DNA of 64,000 nucleotides from Escherichia coli (GTDB lineage Bacteria; Pseudomonadota; Gammaproteobacteria; Enterobacterales; Enterobacteriaceae): NCBI RefSeq assembly GCF_011045215.1, contig NZ_CP049201.1; one strand, 5' to 3'. Shown piece by piece: positions 61,229 to 64,000 of this stretch (position 1 is its first letter; each line of letters starts with the position of its first letter). The notes under the pieces were generated by a model. It saw only the letters and a program-made list of their open reading frames with translations, ran no database searches and was not told where the DNA came from. The position numbers and the translations under genes were made by a program.

Positions 61229-61393
61229 TTGCTAACGAATCATCCTGGACTTCATATGCCCCAGGCGGCTACTTCCTGGGCGTCCTGCCTGTTCGTTTTT
61301 GACATTTACTGACTGCTTACGACACATGCACCGTGTTGCAACCAGATTTTGTTGTAATCCTGTAGTTGGTCTGGAACAAAAGATAAAATTAAA

Positions 61394-61430
61394 TTGCGAG
61401 ATATGCAAGTAATGTTTGCGAAATATGCAA
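61394..61430. promoter_or_regulatory. Two direct copies of a 15-bp operator-like site (TTGCG-N5-TGCAA), putative OL
   Basis: TTGCGAGATATGCAA and TTGCGAAATATGCAA separated by 7 bp, just downstream of the cI terminator. Confidence 0.5.
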
Positions 61431-61441
61431 ATTTATAGGTA

Positions 61442-61466
61442 ATAAAAAGCCACCTTTCGGTGGCCG
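61442..61466 (-). terminator. Rho-independent terminator downstream of cI
   Basis: Minus strand: GCCACCGAAAGGTGGC followed by TTTTTATT. Confidence 0.6.
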
Positions 61467-61484
61467 ATGGATGGGATATTGAGG

Positions 61485-62177
61485 TTAATTATGTCTCTTA
61501 AGGGTTTGCGACTGACTGATTAAGACCTTTCCAAAGACCATGAATCGGTGTTCGTTTTCGCTAGTAATTCCCCATTCACGGTAAATCTGGTTATCAGAAA
61601 TCACCAGCAGTTTGTCAGGAATCATTTGAAGTCTTTTAACGTATATTTTGTCATCAAAACCAAAGACATATATACCATCACCATCAAACTGATTGATGCT
61701 GACATCAACGAAGATGAGATCTCCTGGCTCAATGGTTGGACACATACTGTCCCCACGAACGTTGATAACTTTGATGTGATTGGCTGGTCGTCCGCCGAAC
61801 ATTGATACAGCATTATCAGTTCTGTATTCGATGGCATGAATCACATCAATGACATCACCGCCCTGGATAAGGCCATTTCCCGCACTGGCACTGATATCCA
61901 GCATTTCAATACGGAACACATCCTTCACCTGCGCAACATCCTCATTATTACTGTTTTTATATACAGTATTACTTTTGTGGGCAGAGGTAAAGAGATCAGC
62001 AATATCAACACCTAAGCTCTTGGCAATATTACTCAGTGTTTGTTCGGTAAATTGTTTTTGCTTACCCGTTTCTAAGCGCGAGATGTTCGCCGCATCTACT
62101 CCTATTGCTTCAGCGAGATCGGCGATTTTCATGTTCTTCGCTTGGCGAAGTTGTCTGACTCGGTTTCCTATGTTCAT
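61485..62177 (-). CDS. Phage CI-like repressor (XRE HTH plus S24 LexA-like peptidase domain)
   Basis: 230 aa; N-terminal HTH (RVRQLRQAKNMKIADLAEAIGVDAANISRLETGK); C-terminal domain with GDSM (Ser) and K (YVKRL) dyad; no SD upstream, consistent with a leaderless PRM-type transcript. Confidence 0.85.
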   Translation of the reverse strand: MNIGNRVRQLRQAKNMKIADLAEAIGVDAANISRLETGKQKQFTEQTLSNIAKSLGVDIADLFTSAHKSNTVYKNSNNEDVAQVKDVFRIEMLDISASAGNGLIQGGDVIDVIHAIEYRTDNAVSMFGGRPANHIKVINVRGDSMCPTIEPGDLIFVDVSINQFDGDGIYVFGFDDKIYVKRLQMIPDKLLVISDNQIYREWGITSENEHRFMVFGKVLISQSQTLKRHN

Positions 62178-62189
62178 GCGTTTATTACA

Positions 62190-62274
62190 TTTCTTTATTG
62201 CGTGATAAGCAAATCAACTTGCGCAAAATAATTGCGTGAAATAACATGCATAACGCGCAATATTTGGAGGGCAT
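62190..62274. promoter_or_regulatory. cI-cro intergenic switch region with operator-like palindromes (putative OR/PR/PRM)
   Basis: TTGCGTGATAAGCAA (62198-62212), palindrome TTGCGCAA (62219-62226), TTGCG...CGCGCAA (62232-62260); SD GGAGGG before cro. Confidence 0.55.
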
Positions 62275-62535
62275 ATGCAATCACCATTACGAAATGTGCG
62301 TAAGGCGCATGGTTTCACTTTGCAGCATGTTGCTGCGGGTGTTCAAGTCAATCCAGCGACGTTGAGTCGTATTGAGAGGCTGGAGCAGATTCCATCTATC
62401 GAGCTTGCAGAACGTTTAGCCAATTTTTTTAAGGGTGAAGTCAGCGAAATGCAGATTCTTTATCCGGCACGTTTTCAATCTAGCCAAAACCAGAATGGGT
62501 TTAAACCACAGGAACAGGAGGTGAACCGTGGGTAA
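62275..62535 (+). CDS. Cro-like HTH regulator
   Basis: 86 aa; HTH (HGFTLQHVAAGVQVNPATLSRIERLE); divergent from cI. Confidence 0.75.
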   Translation: MQSPLRNVRKAHGFTLQHVAAGVQVNPATLSRIERLEQIPSIELAERLANFFKGEVSEMQILYPARFQSSQNQNGFKPQEQEVNRG

Positions 62536-63079
62536 GCATCACTGGAAAGTAGAAAAACAGCCTGAGTGGTACGTGAAAGCTGTCAGAAAAACTATCGCAG
62601 CGTTGCCGGGGGGGTACGCTGAAGCTGCTGACTGGCTGGATGTAACAGAGAACGCATTATTTAACCGCCTTCGTGCCGATGGCGATCAGATTTTCCCGCT
62701 GGGATGGGCAATGATTTTGCAACGTGCTGGTGGAACTCACTTCATTGCTGACGCTGTGGCGCAGTCTGCAAATGGCGTCTTTGTGTCTCTTCCTGACGTC
62801 GAGGATGTGGACAACGCCGATATTAACCAGCGCCTGCTGGAAGTCATTGAACAGATCGGCAGTTATTCAAAACAGATTCGTTCAGCAATTGAAGACGGTG
62901 TAGTGGAACCGCATGAGAAGACAGCAATTAACGACGAGCTGTACCTCTCAATTTCGAAGCTGCAGGAGCATGCAGCACTGGTCTACAAAATTTTTTGCAT
63001 TTCAGAAAGTAATGACGCCCGCGAGTGTGCAGCTCCGGGCGCCGTGGCGTGTCGTGACTGTGGAGAAACTAACGCATGA
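62528..63079 (+). CDS. Phage regulatory protein (CII/YdaT-like), 183 aa
   Basis: Position immediately after cro; C-terminal Cys-rich tail ([17 protein letters not shown]); family assignment from memory, tentative. Confidence 0.55.
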   Translation: MGKHHWKVEKQPEWYVKAVRKTIAALPGGYAEAADWLDVTENALFNRLRADGDQIFPLGWAMILQRAGGTHFIADAVAQSANGVFVSLPDVEDVDNADINQRLLEVIEQIGSYSKQIRSAIEDGVVEPHEKTAINDELYLSISKLQEHAALVYKIFCISESNDARECAAPGAVACRDCGETNA

Positions 63080-63414
63080 ACAGTTTAACAACACACTACC
63101 GTCGCTCGCAACTGATTGCGCTTCCTGTACCGGGTGGAAAAGCGAAGGTGGAGTATTGCTATGCAGTAAATGTACCAGGTGACAGGGAAATTGTAACCCA
63201 CAGCTTTGCAGAGTGGGCTGTGGGTGATTTCAACCGGCAGAAGGAGACAGTCCTTTGCGACAAGTTAACCGCTGGTTCAAAGATCACTACGGAGTGCCCG
63301 TCAGAGTCATTCGTTGGGAGCCGGAAACACAACGTGTTATCTACCTCCGCGAAGGCTATGAGCATGAGTGCTTCAGCCCGCTCGAACAGTTTCGTCGTAA
63401 ATTCAGGGAAATAG
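63076..63414 (+). CDS. Hypothetical phage protein; reading frame downstream of about nt 63250 doubtful
   Basis: ATGA overlap with the upstream gene; first ~60 aa look protein-like, the remainder is Ser-rich and overlaps a better-looking ORF in another frame. Confidence 0.3.
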   Translation: MNSLTTHYRRSQLIALPVPGGKAKVEYCYAVNVPGDREIVTHSFAEWAVGDFNRQKETVLCDKLTAGSKITTECPSESFVGSRKHNVLSTSAKAMSMSASARSNSFVVNSGK

Positions 63415-63434
63415 AGGTCGGTCATGAGCACTAA
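63255..63434 (+). CDS. Small phage protein (59 aa) from a TTG start, or the C-terminal part of a frameshifted gene
   Basis: SD AAGGAG 8 nt before TTG; product [59 protein letters not shown]; stop overlaps the next gene's ATG region. Confidence 0.35.
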   Translation: MRQVNRWFKDHYGVPVRVIRWEPETQRVIYLREGYEHECFSPLEQFRRKFREIEVGHEH

Positions 63435-63820
63435 ATTAACCGGCTATGTATGGGATGGTTGCGCTGCATCAGGCATGAAATTATCCAGCGTGGCAATTAT
63501 GGCCCGCCTGGCTGATTTCAGTAATGACGAAGGTGTGTGCTGGCCATCAATTGAAACCATTGCCCGCCAGATTGGCGCGGGGATGAGTACCGTCAGAACG
63601 GCTATCGCACGGCTGGAAGCAGAAGGCTGGTTAACGCGTAAGGCGCGTCGCCAGGGTACCGTCGTGCCGCAACCGTGTGGATGGCGGCATTCCGTGAAAG
63701 CCACTCCCAGCCAGAACGAAACAATTTTCTGGCGCGTCGTGAGCGGTGCTTACGGAAAAGCAGCAAGCGCGCTGCATCGGGTGAAGAGTGGTATCTGTCA
63801 GGGAATTACGTGGGGGCTTA
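63424..63820 (+). CDS. Phage HTH protein resembling replisome-organiser N-termini; apparent frameshift near 63640-63680
   Basis: N-terminus [70 protein letters not shown]. After about codon 75 the protein-like signal moves to another frame, which terminates with TAA at 63818-63820. Confidence 0.4.
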
Positions 63821-64000
63821 ATGACGACGTTAACTCAATGCCAGCAGCAGGTGCTGGATATGCTGATTTCTTACCAGAAAGAACGTGGCTTCCCGCCAAC
63901 CAATCAGGAGGTGGCTACCATGCTGGGATACCGTTCAGTGAATGCAGCGGTGGAGCATCTTCGCGCACTGGAGAAAAAAGGCGTCATCACGATAAAGCGT
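63821..64000 (+). CDS. LexA-like winged-helix DNA-binding domain protein, N-terminal 60 aa (continues beyond window)
   Basis: MTTLTQCQQQVLDMLISYQKERGFPPTNQEVATMLGYRSVNAAVEHLRALEKKGVITIKR resembles the LexA N-terminal domain (F/MPPT..E.A..LG.RS.NA..EHL.AL..KGVI); GGGGG SD-like run upstream. Confidence 0.55.
   Translation, partial: MTTLTQCQQQVLDMLISYQKERGFPPTNQEVATMLGYRSVNAAVEHLRALEKKGVITIKR

Noticed and set aside
63650-64000. Continuation of the 63424 reading frame to the window end as a ~190-aa protein
   Set aside because: Downstream part is low-complexity and is overlapped by two better-formed frames (a basic tail ending at 63820 and the LexA-like gene from 63821). A frameshift is more likely than a genuine long ORF.

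Overview
Escherichia coli chromosomal segment from a non-K-12 strain, identified by gene order and protein sequences recognised from memory (no database search was run). The conserved backbone runs cueR, ybbJ-qmcA, fetAB, cnoX(ybbN), ybbO, tesA, ybbA-ybbP, mnmH(ybbB), the allantoin/glyoxylate regulon (allS, allA, allR, gcl-hyi-glxR-ybbW-allB-ybbY-glxK, allE-allC-allD, fdrA-ylbE-ylbF-ybcF), purEK, lpxH, ppiB, cysS, ybcI, ybcJ, folD, sfmACDHF, fimZ and tRNA-Arg argU. Three accessory blocks sit on this backbone. (i) Left end: the 3' 4.6 kb of a giant Ig-like-repeat adhesin gene followed by a type I secretion ABC transporter and HlyD-type membrane fusion protein, abutting cueR. (ii) A ~2.5 kb AT-rich islet between cueR and ybbJ encoding a miniature YadA-like trimeric autotransporter, a lipoprotein, a small membrane protein and a divergent HTH-like protein. 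(iii) From the 3' end of argU to the window end: a lambdoid prophage with integrase, excisionase, a YfdPQRST-like early-left cassette, a CI/Cro switch with operator repeats and the start of a replication region; an IS100 (IS21 family, 1954 bp, 5-bp target duplication) splits its yfdS-like gene. The rhsD element that K-12 carries between ybbP and mnmH is absent. The most novel-looking locus is inside the prophage: a ~450 bp GC-rich, hairpin-dense non-coding element plus a convergently oriented small gene (coiled coil + CxxC...CxxC) with its own terminator, between the early-left operon and cI. No CRISPR array and no rRNA were found.
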